From Akkermansiaceae bacterium (GTDB lineage Bacteria > Verrucomicrobiota > Verrucomicrobiia > Verrucomicrobiales > Akkermansiaceae): a stretch of 64,000 nt of DNA. The stretch spans positions 224,001-288,000 of the forward strand of contig JBPOGF010000001.1 in NCBI GenBank assembly GCA_051251915.1, written 5' to 3'. The translations under genes were made by a program, and so were the position numbers. The notes under the pieces were generated by a model. It did no database searches, had not been told where the DNA came from, and saw nothing but the letters and a program-made list of their open reading frames with translations. Shown one piece after another: positions 38,618 to 48,169 of this stretch. How positions within the stretch are numbered: the first letter of the stretch is position 1; each line of letters begins with the position of its first letter.

Positions 38618-41185
38618 ATGGCGTCCATGATCAGATCAGAGATTCATATACCAGACCACGAGGTGCTGCGCAAGATAGGCGGTGGTGCTTATGGAGAGGT
38701 GTGGATGGCGCGTGGTGTGACTGGTGCTCTGCGGGCGGTGAAGGTGGTGTGGCGTGAGGATTTTGAGGATGAGCGTGGGTTTGAGCGTGAGTTTGAGGGG
38801 ATATTAAAATTTGAGCCGATCTCACGTGATCATCCAGGGTTTGTGAATATTTTGCATGTGGGGCGAAGTAATGATAGAGAGAACCCATTTTATTATTATG
38901 TGATGGAGCTGGGGGATGATGTGCACAGCGGTAGGAAGATCAGCCCGGTGGAGTATGAGGCGAGGACGCTGCGAAGTGACTTGAAGGCGAGTGCTGGGGC
39001 TCCATTGGATGTGGGGTTTTGTATTGATGTGGGTCAACGGTTGGCGGAGACATTGCAGCATTTGCATGAGAGTGATTTGGCTCACCGTGATGTGAAGCCG
39101 GCGAATGTGATTTTCGTGGAAGGTAAGGCTAAGCTGGCTGACATAGGGTTAGTGGCGGCGCGTGGACAGGAGACATTTGTGGGGACTGAGGGGTTTGTTC
39201 CTCCTGAGGGGCCGGGGTCAGGACAGGCGGATATTTATAGTCTGGGGAAAGTGCTGTATGAGATGGCGACGGGGAAGGATAGATTGCAATTCCCTGAACT
39301 GCCGGATGAGCTTCCTGAGGGGACGAATAAGAAGAACTGGGTGGCTCTGAATGAGTTGATTTGTAATATTTGTGACCCTAAGTTGAGTAAGCGGACGATC
39401 AATACTGCGAAGAAGCTGGCGGAGTCATTGGCGAAGATTAAGCAGGGGAAGAAGGTTCGACAGCCAAGCAAGGGAGGAAGGGTGAAGGTGTTGCTTTCTT
39501 TGTTGATGTTAGCGGGCTTGGGCTATGGAATTTATCATTTTAAGCCTTGGATGGCGGGTGAGCCGTTGATCGCTGATAATAAGGATACATTGCCGAAGGA
39601 GGCTCCTAAGTATCAGTATGAGGTGTGTTCGGTTCAGTTTATATCGCATCCAACACATGCTGTAATCACGGGGCATGAGCAGGGGAGATACTTGGAAACG
39701 AATACTGAGTTTATTGAGTATGCTCCGGGGACGGTGTTGAATTTGGTGTTCAAGCATGATGGCTACAGGCCGAAGGAGGTGAAGTTTGTAGTGCCGGATA
39801 AGCAGTTTGAGTTTTTGCAGGCTACATTGGATACGTTTTTACCTCCTAAACTAAATGAGAGGTGGGTGGATTCTGTGGGGGCGCTGTATTTTCCGAGGGT
39901 GGATGGTCATGAGTCTGGGTATGTAAGATGGGAGCATTTTAATAAATTCTTGGCAACTAAGGTGAAGGTGGATGCTTATAGCGTGGAGAAATTTAGCGAG
40001 CGCGGTGAGCAGATATCGATTGTGATGATGACTGAGAATACGGCTAATAAATTTGCTTATTGGTTGGAGCAGGAGGCGAAGCTTCAGGGGTTGTTAGAGG
40101 AGGACCAGTGGATAGTGCCTAATCAGGATAAGAGTCTGCAGGTGGGGCCGGCTGATAAGTTGGAGGAGAAGGTTAAGCTAAAGCAGTTCGCTACGAAATG
40201 CATAGCGCAAGAGATACCGTATGCGACTCTGGAGCTAACGAGTGTGCCGGTAGGGGCTAGGGTCTACATTGATGGAGAATGGGTAGGTGTGACGCCTATG
40301 ACTAGGCCTAAGCAGCGGCCGAAGAAGATGCAGCTAGAATTTAGTCTGGATGGATATAAGGGGATAGTGCAGGAGATAAATCTCTCGGATAATGAGACGC
40401 GGCCAATTGCTGTGACACTGCAGCAGAATAATGGTGTGGTGTTTGGTCAGCCTTGGGTAAATGGGTTGAAGGTGAAGATGGTGCCATTTGATGAGGGCAA
40501 GCTAGCTTCAAGCTGGGAGGTAAGGGTTAAAGATTATAGGCAGTTTGTTCAGGCTACCAGTCATAGAGGGCCTAGTGATCCGTTGTTTCCACAGAAGGCG
40601 GACCATCCAGTGGTGGGGGTGAATAGGGATGATGCGGAGGATTTTTGTAAATGGCTGACAGAGAAGGAGAGGAAGGAAGATAGAATCCGTGATTACCATG
40701 AATATCGGCTTCCTACTGATGAGGAGTGGAGCTTGTTCTGCGGACTATCTGAAGAGCGTGGGACGAGCCCGATAGGCAGGTATTACAATGCGCAACAGAA
40801 TCCTGATATAAAGAATATGTATCCTTGGGGAGAGAATTTTCCACCGGATGCTAAGGTTGGGAATCTGGCGGATAAAGATGCGGCTAAGGCTTCAGCAATT
40901 TCTGACAAGAGGACGATCCAAGGGTATGCTGACGGCTTTACGAATACGGCTCCTGTAGGGTCGTTTGAACCGAATGCTCTGGGGATGTATGATGTGTCTG
41001 GGAATGTCTTTGAGTGGCTGAAGGATCCATATAGTGAAGGGGGTGACCTAGGTATAGTGAGGGGCGGAAGCTGGGCTACTTATCAGGCTAAGGATCTTAA
41101 GTCTTGGAGTAGATTCGCTATTAGCAAGGATATGCGAGATAATCAGTATGGGTTCCGGGTGGTTCTTGTGGACACGACTCGATAG
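38618..41185 (+). CDS. Membrane Ser/Thr kinase with PEGA and FGE-sulfatase (SUMF1) domains
   Basis: IGGGAYGEVW, RAVK, HRDVKPAN, LADIGL, GTEGF; TM; SVPVGARVYIDG (PEGA); RLPTDEEW, DVSGNVFEW, RGGSW, GFRVV. Confidence 0.93.
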   Translation: MASMIRSEIHIPDHEVLRKIGGGAYGEVWMARGVTGALRAVKVVWREDFEDERGFEREFEGILKFEPISRDHPGFVNILHVGRSNDRENPFYYYVMELGDDVHSGRKISPVEYEARTLRSDLKASAGAPLDVGFCIDVGQRLAETLQHLHESDLAHRDVKPANVIFVEGKAKLADIGLVAARGQETFVGTEGFVPPEGPGSGQADIYSLGKVLYEMATGKDRLQFPELPDELPEGTNKKNWVALNELICNICDPKLSKRTINTAKKLAESLAKIKQGKKVRQPSKGGRVKVLLSLLMLAGLGYGIYHFKPWMAGEPLIADNKDTLPKEAPKYQYEVCSVQFISHPTHAVITGHEQGRYLETNTEFIEYAPGTVLNLVFKHDGYRPKEVKFVVPDKQFEFLQATLDTFLPPKLNERWVDSVGALYFPRVDGHESGYVRWEHFNKFLATKVKVDAYSVEKFSERGEQISIVMMTENTANKFAYWLEQEAKLQGLLEEDQWIVPNQDKSLQVGPADKLEEKVKLKQFATKCIAQEIPYATLELTSVPVGARVYIDGEWVGVTPMTRPKQRPKKMQLEFSLDGYKGIVQEINLSDNETRPIAVTLQQNNGVVFGQPWVNGLKVKMVPFDEGKLASSWEVRVKDYRQFVQATSHRGPSDPLFPQKADHPVVGVNRDDAEDFCKWLTEKERKEDRIRDYHEYRLPTDEEWSLFCGLSEERGTSPIGRYYNAQQNPDIKNMYPWGENFPPDAKVGNLADKDAAKASAISDKRTIQGYADGFTNTAPVGSFEPNALGMYDVSGNVFEWLKDPYSEGGDLGIVRGGSWATYQAKDLKSWSRFAISKDMRDNQYGFRVVLVDTTR

Positions 41186-41257
41186 GGTGTAGCTGACTAG
41201 GAAACCTCGTTTATAAGTTGACTAAGTGGGTTCATCGATTACTAAATAGGCTCATCT

Positions 41258-42241
41258 ATGAAAGATCCGATTACAGTATCCGTGACAGGAGCAGCAGGCC
41301 AGATTGGCTATGCATTGCTCTTCCGTATTGCCTCTGGTTCTATGTTTGGTCCAGACCAACCAGTGAATCTTCGCTTGATAGAAATTGAGCCTGGTATGAA
41401 AGCCCTCGAAGGGGTGGTGATGGAGCTGGATGATTGTGCTTTTCCTACGCTTAACGAAATAGTAGCAACTAGTGATCTGAATGAAGGATTTAAGGGGGCT
41501 AACTGGGCGTTACTTGTAGGCTCTGTACCACGTGGTCCAGGGATGGAGCGTAAGGATCTACTTGGGATCAATGGTAAGATTTTCACTGGTCAGGGGCAAG
41601 CGATAGCGGCAAGTGCAGCTAGCGATGTTCGGACTCTTGTGGTGGGTAACCCTTGTAACACGAATTGTCTTATTGCTATGAATGCTGCGAAGGGAGTTCC
41701 TAAGAATCAATTTTTCGCGATGACTAGGCTGGATGAAAATAGGGCTAAGTCTCAGCTGGCTGCTAAGGCTGGTGTTCATAATAGTGCGGTTTCAAACCTT
41801 TGTATTTGGGGGAATCACTCAGCGACTCAATATCCAGACTATACGAATGCTAAGATCAACGGGGCACCGGTTACGGATGCGATTAGCGATGCTGATTGGC
41901 TACAAGGTGAGTTTATTTCTACTGTTCAACAGCGTGGTGCTGCAATTATCAAAGCAAGAGGAGCTTCCTCTGCGGCATCTGCGGCAAATGGCGTAGTGGA
42001 CACTGTTCGCAGCCTGATAACTCCGACACCTGAAGGTGACTGGACGAGTGTGGCGGTATGTTCTGGTGGGGAGTATGGTATCGATGAAGGACTCATAGCG
42101 TCAATGCCGATCCGCACGGACGGTAAGACTTGGGAAGTGGTCGAGGGTGTGGAGGTAAATGATTTTTCACGTCAAAAAATAGATGCTTCTGTGCAAGAGC
42201 TCCGTGAGGAGAAGGAAGCGGTGTCAGATCTTTTAGTTTAG
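41258..42241 (+). CDS. mdh: Malate dehydrogenase
   Basis: [42 protein letters not shown]. Confidence 0.97.
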   Translation: MKDPITVSVTGAAGQIGYALLFRIASGSMFGPDQPVNLRLIEIEPGMKALEGVVMELDDCAFPTLNEIVATSDLNEGFKGANWALLVGSVPRGPGMERKDLLGINGKIFTGQGQAIAASAASDVRTLVVGNPCNTNCLIAMNAAKGVPKNQFFAMTRLDENRAKSQLAAKAGVHNSAVSNLCIWGNHSATQYPDYTNAKINGAPVTDAISDADWLQGEFISTVQQRGAAIIKARGASSAASAANGVVDTVRSLITPTPEGDWTSVAVCSGGEYGIDEGLIASMPIRTDGKTWEVVEGVEVNDFSRQKIDASVQELREEKEAVSDLLV

Positions 42242-42258
42242 TAAGCTTATTTAATAGA

Positions 42259-42293
42259 GTGCAGTTCTCGGAGACGGGGGCTGCATTTTTTTT
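42259..42293 (+). terminator. Terminator after mdh
   Basis: gtgcagttctcg-gaga-cgggggctgcatttttttt. Confidence 0.85.
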
Positions 42294-42304
42294 TAGAGTA
42301 TGGG

Positions 42305-42376
42305 TGATAGGCTGATAGGCTGATAGGCTGATAGGCTGATAGGCTGATAGGCTGATAGGCTGCTGGGCTGCTGGGC
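42305..42376. repeat. Octamer tandem repeat (TGATAGGC)7(TGCTGGGC)2
   Basis: Counted directly. Confidence 0.97.
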
Positions 42377-42463
42377 TGAGCATTGGGATTGATGATTTTG
42401 GCTGTATAAAAATAATCTAATTTGTTTGGTGTTAGATAAAAAAGCCGTCTAGTAGTAGACTCA

Positions 42464-43237
42464 ATGTTTAATCATTTTACTTGGTGCGAGGTTAACTCTT
42501 TCGATTTGTCAGAGGCTGAATGCTTCTATGAAAATGTATTTTCGTGGAGGATCAGTGAGCCGATCAAGAACTACCGGACATGCTATAGTGAAGAGGTATC
42601 GGTTGCTGGAATGCTAGGAATACCTGGGCAAGTAAGTGATGCAGCATTACACTCGCGTTGGCTTTCTTATGTAAGCGTTGATTCGCTCCATGATATGGTG
42701 AATTTGGCAGTGGAGCTGGGGGGGAAGATAGAGACTCATTCTAGAGATTTTTATCGAGGGGGAGAAGTGATGGGAAAGTTTGCTCTTTTGAATGATCCGA
42801 CAGGTGCACGGTTGATGCTGTATGAGGGAGAGGATTTAAGAGTAAAAGACAGTGGTTTAAGATCCGATGGGAGGATGGCCTTAAATGAACTTCATGTGAA
42901 TTCTATGCATGGAGTCCGTCAATTTTATGAGAAATTACTAGGCTGGAAATTCGAGAGTGATCCAAGTGGGTATGGGCGTTTTTTGATCTTTGATATGAAG
43001 GGGCGAAAGGTAGCTTCGTTACTTGAGTTGGATAAGAAGGTTAATGTTAAGGCTGAGAGGAATTGCTGGATGGTTTATTTTACGGTGAATAATGTGGATG
43101 AGACATTGAAAAGAATAAGTAAATATGGGGGGCTAGTGATCGTTGATTTAGCGAATACAGGATATGGATTTTCTTTGGTTCAAGATACACAAGGGGCATT
43201 TTTCTGTATTAGTCAGAATGAGAAGTTAGCAAACTGA
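42464..43237 (+). CDS. VOC/glyoxalase family protein (two domains)
   Basis: FTWCEV, FYENVFSW, WLSYVSVD, DPTGA; second domain FYEKLLGW, WMVYFTV, DTQGA. Confidence 0.88.
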   Translation: MFNHFTWCEVNSFDLSEAECFYENVFSWRISEPIKNYRTCYSEEVSVAGMLGIPGQVSDAALHSRWLSYVSVDSLHDMVNLAVELGGKIETHSRDFYRGGEVMGKFALLNDPTGARLMLYEGEDLRVKDSGLRSDGRMALNELHVNSMHGVRQFYEKLLGWKFESDPSGYGRFLIFDMKGRKVASLLELDKKVNVKAERNCWMVYFTVNNVDETLKRISKYGGLVIVDLANTGYGFSLVQDTQGAFFCISQNEKLAN

Positions 43238-43288
43238 TGATGAGCACATCTGTCTTGCTAATTTGTAGGCATAGTGTTTGCTGAGCGC

Positions 43289-44221
43289 ATGCAAATTCTC
43301 CGAAATATCACTGAGCTAAAGACAATAGATGGGGCAGTTCATCTGGCTCTTGGGGTCTTTGACGGTGTGCATGTTGGGCATCGTGAGGTGATACTTAATG
43401 CGGTGAGGGCAGCTAGGGGTGCAGGGGGGAAAGTAGGGGTGGTTACGTTTGAACCGCATCCTGTGAGGGTATTGGCGCCGGATCGTGCGCCTAGGCGGAT
43501 ATTGGCCTCTATTGAGCACAAAGCGGAGTTGCTAGGTGCTATGGGGGTGGATTTTTTGTGTGTGCAGGAGTTTACGTTAGATTTTGCAGCTCGTGAGGCT
43601 AAGGAGTTTATCGAAGATCTGGTTAACTACAGTGGAAGACTGATGACGATTGCTGTGGGTGAGGACTGGATCTTTGGCAAGGCACGTGGGGGGAATGTGA
43701 GTAAGCTTAGAGAATGGGGAGATGAAATGGGGTTTGATGTGATAGCGGCTGCACCTGTGATGGTAGAGGGGGAGAGGGTGAGTAGCACTCGAGTGAGACA
43801 GGCTGTTAGAGATGGGAATTTAGTTGCTGTTAGGGAGATGTTAGGGAGGCCTTATGATGTGGTAGGAACTGTGATAGAGGGGAGGCAGCTAGCGCGACAA
43901 CTCGGCTATCCGACAGCAAATGTGGTGGTTCATAACGAACAACTTCCACCAGATGGGGTTTGGTCGTTGAAAGTGAAATTCAGAGGTGAAACTTATGATG
44001 GTATTGGGAACTTGGGGAGACGGCCGACTGTTGAGCATGAGGGGGCACGTCGCTTGTTAGAGATTCATGTGTTCGATTTTGAGGGGGACCTCTACGGCGA
44101 GATTATTGACGCCGAGTTTGTGGATTACCTTCGCAAGGAGAAGAAATTTTCCTCAATTGAGGAACTTAAGTCTCAAATTGATGAAGATGTGAAACAAGCC
44201 AGAGAGGCTGGTAGTATGTGA
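43289..44221 (+). CDS. ribF: Bifunctional riboflavin kinase/FAD synthetase
   Basis: GVFDGVHVGH, TFEPHP, VSSTRVR, LGYPTAN, LEIHVFDF; probable start ATG 43289. Confidence 0.96.
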   Translation: MQILRNITELKTIDGAVHLALGVFDGVHVGHREVILNAVRAARGAGGKVGVVTFEPHPVRVLAPDRAPRRILASIEHKAELLGAMGVDFLCVQEFTLDFAAREAKEFIEDLVNYSGRLMTIAVGEDWIFGKARGGNVSKLREWGDEMGFDVIAAAPVMVEGERVSSTRVRQAVRDGNLVAVREMLGRPYDVVGTVIEGRQLARQLGYPTANVVVHNEQLPPDGVWSLKVKFRGETYDGIGNLGRRPTVEHEGARRLLEIHVFDFEGDLYGEIIDAEFVDYLRKEKKFSSIEELKSQIDEDVKQAREAGSM

Positions 44222-44229
44222 TGTATGAT

Positions 44230-45273
44230 TTATTTGAGTAGAATGTAATGATCTTGTTTTTCTACAATACGGCCTATTTCCACTGCACATAAAGTTTGGT
44301 GGGAGTTGAGAATTTCTATTACTGCAGGGACATTTTCTTGTGGGACTGAGATGAGTAGTCCTCCAGATGTCTGCGCGTCCGCTAAGAGTAGCTGAGTTTC
44401 AAGTGGGATATTATTTGTTTGAACATGAGGTAAGACGGTGGAGAGGTTCTTTTTGGTTCCGCCTGGGACGATGCCGTCTATGATAAGTTGATGGACTTGG
44501 TCTGAGATGGCTGGAATACTAGCACAATTTAGCTCTGCTGTTACTGATGAGCTGGCACAGATCTCCTTGAGGTGGCCAAGTAAACCGAACCCTGTGACAT
44601 CAGTGCAGGCATTGACTAAGTCTTGCTCTGCTAAATCTGCACCTGGAGTGTTTAGAGTAATCATGGATTCTACAGCTAAGTCATTTAACTCGTCACTGCA
44701 TTTACCTTGTTTGAGAGCTGTAGAAATGATGCCAGTTCCGAGTGGCTTGGTCAGGATGAGGACATCGCCAGGTTTAGCGTGAGCATTTGCTGTGTAGCGA
44801 TCTGGGTGAACTAAACCTGTGACTGAGAGTCCGTAAATAGGCTCAGGGTTTTTGATGGTATGTCCACCGACGAGAGAACAGCCTGCTAGCTTGACCATGT
44901 CTGCTCCGCCACGGAAGATAGCTTGAATTTCAGCGGTGCTGAGGATACTGTCTGGCATTCCGGCTATAGCCATTGCAGTGATAGGTCTTCCGCCCATGGC
45001 GTAGACATCTGAAAGGGAATTTGCTGCTGCGATTTGGCCAAAGAGGTAGGGGTCGTCACAAATAGGGGTGAAGAAATCAAGTGTCTGAACTAGCGCGGTG
45101 TCTGAGTTGAGTAGGTACACTCCTGCGTCATCAGCTGTGGCTGATCCTACAAGAAGATTTGTGTCGTTGGTTTGTGGTAGATCTCGCAAGACTTGCGAGA
45201 GTGATTCAGGATCAAGCTTGGAAGCTCAACCACCACAGGCTACGAGTGACGTGAGTTTAATTGATTCGGACAT
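44230..45273 (-). CDS. selD: Selenide, water dikinase; selenoprotein with Sec (UGA) at codon 16
   Basis: ATG at 45273 gives MSESIKLTSLVACGG-TGA-ASKLDPESLSQVLRDLP, in frame with the track ORF; DDAGVY, DFFTPI, ANSLSDVYAMGG, DVTGFGLLGH, QTSGGLL. Confidence 0.95.
45182..45200 (-). promoter_or_regulatory. Candidate bacterial SECIS hairpin in selD
   Basis: mRNA UCUCGCAA-GUC-UUGCGAGA; stem starts 25 nt and loop 33 nt after the UGA (45226-45228). Confidence 0.7.
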
Positions 45274-45380
45274 AATTATAATTATTAAGAGAGTTTAATT
45301 ATTTTCTCTCTAGTGATTTATTGCATTGATTTATCGTTAATCCAATGATTATTTCATCTTTATAAACTTATACCTTATTC

Positions 45381-46232
45381 ATGCCTGATCCCAAAACTAT
45401 AGATTGTAAACCTTCCAAATGGTTCAAAATCCGAGCAATCGGAGTTGGCGCAATGCTGACTTTTTTCTCTCTATGGTTTTTTAAGGATGGGTATTGGGGG
45501 TATAGAGATAAGAATGAAGCGGTTGTATATAAGCAGCTGTTTTTGGCTGCTAATGAAAGTCCTACTAAAAACGTGGATTTTGCAGTGAGGGCCATGGATG
45601 AATTTAAGAAAACTAGCTACACTAAGGAAGATTGGAGTGCTTTTGCTAGTGAGCAAATTATCCCGGCTCCTACGAATAAAGACTTATTGCCAAGAGACTT
45701 TGACTACTCTCAAAAATGGCCAGAAGAACTTGTGAATGGCTACGATGAGCTGAACGATGACAAGCCACATGTTTTATGGGCTAATTTTACGAGCCGAACT
45801 AAACTACCTCTTGAGCCTTCAGAAAAACTATATGACGAGGGCACTATCAGGGAACAGTTTATAGTGTGTGGGATTTGCGTGGCGTTGCTTTTTGTTGCTC
45901 TCTTTATCTGCTTTAGGATCATGGGGCGTACTATGAAAGTGACACCTACTGGTTATTCACCTCCGGGAGGGGATGAAATACCGTATTCTGCGATGCGTAA
46001 GATTGATAAGCGTAAGTGGGATGGAAAAGGGCTGGCGATGATCCACTATGAGGATGGCGGTGAGATTAAGAAAGCCAAGGTCGACGGAATGGTATACGGT
46101 CAATTTAAAGAAGAAGATGGAGCACCTGCTGAGGCTCTGTTCACACAAATTATGGAGAATTTCAAAGGTGAAGTGATTGAATTTGTTAGTGATGACGATG
46201 ACGATGAGGAAGCTGAAGAAGAATCGAAATAA
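45381..46232 (+). CDS. Hypothetical membrane protein (2 TM, acidic tail)
   Basis: 283-aa ORF; WFFKDGYWGY, IDKRKWDGKGLA. Confidence 0.75.
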   Translation: MPDPKTIDCKPSKWFKIRAIGVGAMLTFFSLWFFKDGYWGYRDKNEAVVYKQLFLAANESPTKNVDFAVRAMDEFKKTSYTKEDWSAFASEQIIPAPTNKDLLPRDFDYSQKWPEELVNGYDELNDDKPHVLWANFTSRTKLPLEPSEKLYDEGTIREQFIVCGICVALLFVALFICFRIMGRTMKVTPTGYSPPGGDEIPYSAMRKIDKRKWDGKGLAMIHYEDGGEIKKAKVDGMVYGQFKEEDGAPAEALFTQIMENFKGEVIEFVSDDDDDEEAEEESK

Positions 46233-46348
46233 GAATGTGACACAGAATCAAGGTATTTTGCCGAAATTCTAGTTGCCAAACTCGCGTTAGAAGAGTAAAT
46301 GTCTACATCCGTTAGAGAACATAACGTAATTAAAACATACACACCATA

Positions 46349-46585
46349 ATGTCTGAATCAATCGAACAAAAAGTTAAAGAAATCATCGTTGAGCAACTCA
46401 ATGTAACTCCTGACCAGGTAAAGAACGAAGCTAAATTCATCGATGACCTCGGTGCGGATTCACTTGATACAGTCGAATTAGTAATGGCTTTCGAAGAGGA
46501 ATTCGGCATTGAAGTGCCTGATGAAGAAGCTGAGAAGCTTATGTGTGTGAACGACATTGTCACATACATCAAGAAAGTTTCTTAA
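46349..46585 (+). CDS. acpP: Acyl carrier protein
   Basis: [20 protein letters not shown]. Confidence 0.98.
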   Translation: MSESIEQKVKEIIVEQLNVTPDQVKNEAKFIDDLGADSLDTVELVMAFEEEFGIEVPDEEAEKLMCVNDIVTYIKKVS

Positions 46586-46612
46586 TCACGGGGTAAGCCT
46601 AAGATTTTATTG

Positions 46613-46645
46613 AAGGTGGCTCATTTAGGTGAAGCCGCCTTTTTT
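46613..46645 (+). terminator. Terminator after acpP
   Basis: aaggtggctca-tttagg-tgaagccgcctttttt. Confidence 0.7.
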
Positions 46646-46668
46646 GATACTAGGGTTTGAGTTCATCT

Positions 46669-47193
46669 ATGTCTAAGCAATCTGATATACAATATGCGAT
46701 GGAGCATAGCCGTGTTCTACGTGAGCCTGATCGCAGAATTGACACATTCGGCAATACTAGATTCCACTTCGTGATTATCTCTGAGATGATGGATAAAGTG
46801 GGTATGGTCATTGTCAGAAGAGGTTCAGTAGAGGCATTCAAACCTAAAATCATTAAGCCTACTCACTATTCTTCTGTTGAGCTAGAAGGCTTTGATGATA
46901 AAGCGCGTGAGTTACTGGATTGGCTCAAAAATAACGATAAGGAGCCAGTATTTTTCCAGTATGGCTTTAATTTTAAGCGGACTGAAGTGAACTCAGAGAC
47001 TGTCACAGGTACATACGAGACGGTGAAGGCTGAAATTTTGGATAAAATCCGAGCTGAGGATGATCCGATGATGGCCATGATGGAGACTATCGAGGATAGT
47101 TGGGAGATAGGATTATTGAAATTTTCCATCGATATAATTCAGAAATCACAGGAAATTAACCAATTTGACTTTAAACGTAAGGGACTATTATAG
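46669..47193 (+). CDS. Conserved hypothetical protein
   Basis: PDRRIDTFGNTRFHF...SQEINQFDFKRKGLL; probable start ATG 46669. Confidence 0.7.
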   Translation: MSKQSDIQYAMEHSRVLREPDRRIDTFGNTRFHFVIISEMMDKVGMVIVRRGSVEAFKPKIIKPTHYSSVELEGFDDKARELLDWLKNNDKEPVFFQYGFNFKRTEVNSETVTGTYETVKAEILDKIRAEDDPMMAMMETIEDSWEIGLLKFSIDIIQKSQEINQFDFKRKGLL

Positions 47194-47196
47194 AAT

Positions 47197-48129
47197 ATGA
47201 GACTACAGACTCTAATCAGGTTAGTTGCTGCCATTATTGTGCTCACTGTTGTAGTAATTACTCTTTTTGTTATTTCTAAATACTTTGGTCTTACCGATAG
47301 GCCTGCACCTGATGAGGTAGTTGGCTCTGAGGAGATTAATAAATTGATCTCTAAAAAATCAGTTCAGGATGATCTCGTGGTGATTGATTCTGTTCGACGC
47401 AAACTTAGTAATAAGAACTCACCTAAGATTGTCCTTGGAAATCCAGCATTTGAGAAAGCTCGTTCTATGCTCAAGGAGGGGGAGTATGATGAAGCTAGGC
47501 TTAAGCTTGAAGAAATAGTGGTGAAATACCCTGGTACTCCTGCTGAGAGGGAAGCATATCGAGTTCTTGGAGAGATGAGGCTGGATGATTTATTGGAGCA
47601 TAGACCTGATGATGGGAAATTTATTTATAACGTGCAGCACAACGATAGTTATCTTAAAATTGTTGGTCAGCATGATACTAGTTTAGATATTTTGATGTAT
47701 TTGAATGGTCTTACCAGGATCGATCGTCTTCAGCCTAAAGATAAGCTTATTATTATGCCTCTGAATTTGTCTCTGAGAATCATTCCTCGTTTAAACCAGC
47801 TCTTTTTGGTGGATGAGAGAGGTGAAGTGATTAAGTATTATGAGCCAGTAGTGGACATGGCGATGTCGAAGAAAAGTGGTGTGACTGATACTGTGAAGAC
47901 AACTATAGAAAATATTAGTGCTTACAGAGGTAGTTCTAGAGTGAATGTTACTCGTAGCGACTATCGCGAAGCTTCTAAGAGAATACAAATACTCAATCCT
48001 AATATTGAGATTATCAGTGAAGACATTAAGGTAGACGATAGTTTCCGAGGGATCGTCCTGACAAAACCAGATATGGAGGAGTTAGCGCTCCTGCTTAGGC
48101 GGTCAAATACTGTTGAAATTCGTTATTAA
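47197..48129 (+). CDS. Membrane-anchored LysM protein with TPR-like segment
   Basis: N-terminal TM; YDEARLKLEEIVVKYP; YNVQHNDSYLKI...LMYLNGL...LQPKDKLII. Confidence 0.75.
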   Translation: MRLQTLIRLVAAIIVLTVVVITLFVISKYFGLTDRPAPDEVVGSEEINKLISKKSVQDDLVVIDSVRRKLSNKNSPKIVLGNPAFEKARSMLKEGEYDEARLKLEEIVVKYPGTPAEREAYRVLGEMRLDDLLEHRPDDGKFIYNVQHNDSYLKIVGQHDTSLDILMYLNGLTRIDRLQPKDKLIIMPLNLSLRIIPRLNQLFLVDERGEVIKYYEPVVDMAMSKKSGVTDTVKTTIENISAYRGSSRVNVTRSDYREASKRIQILNPNIEIISEDIKVDDSFRGIVLTKPDMEELALLLRRSNTVEIRY

Positions 48130-48169
48130 AACCATTGCGCTAAATTAAGAAACGTTGCAAAATACCAAG

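Noticed and set aside
42093..42383. 96-aa ORF with QPISLSAY repeats
   Set aside because: Artefact of the octamer VNTR; overlaps mdh antisense
44230..45273. selD as a truncated gene or pseudogene
   Set aside because: The stop falls exactly at the catalytic Cys/Sec position and is followed by a SECIS-like hairpin
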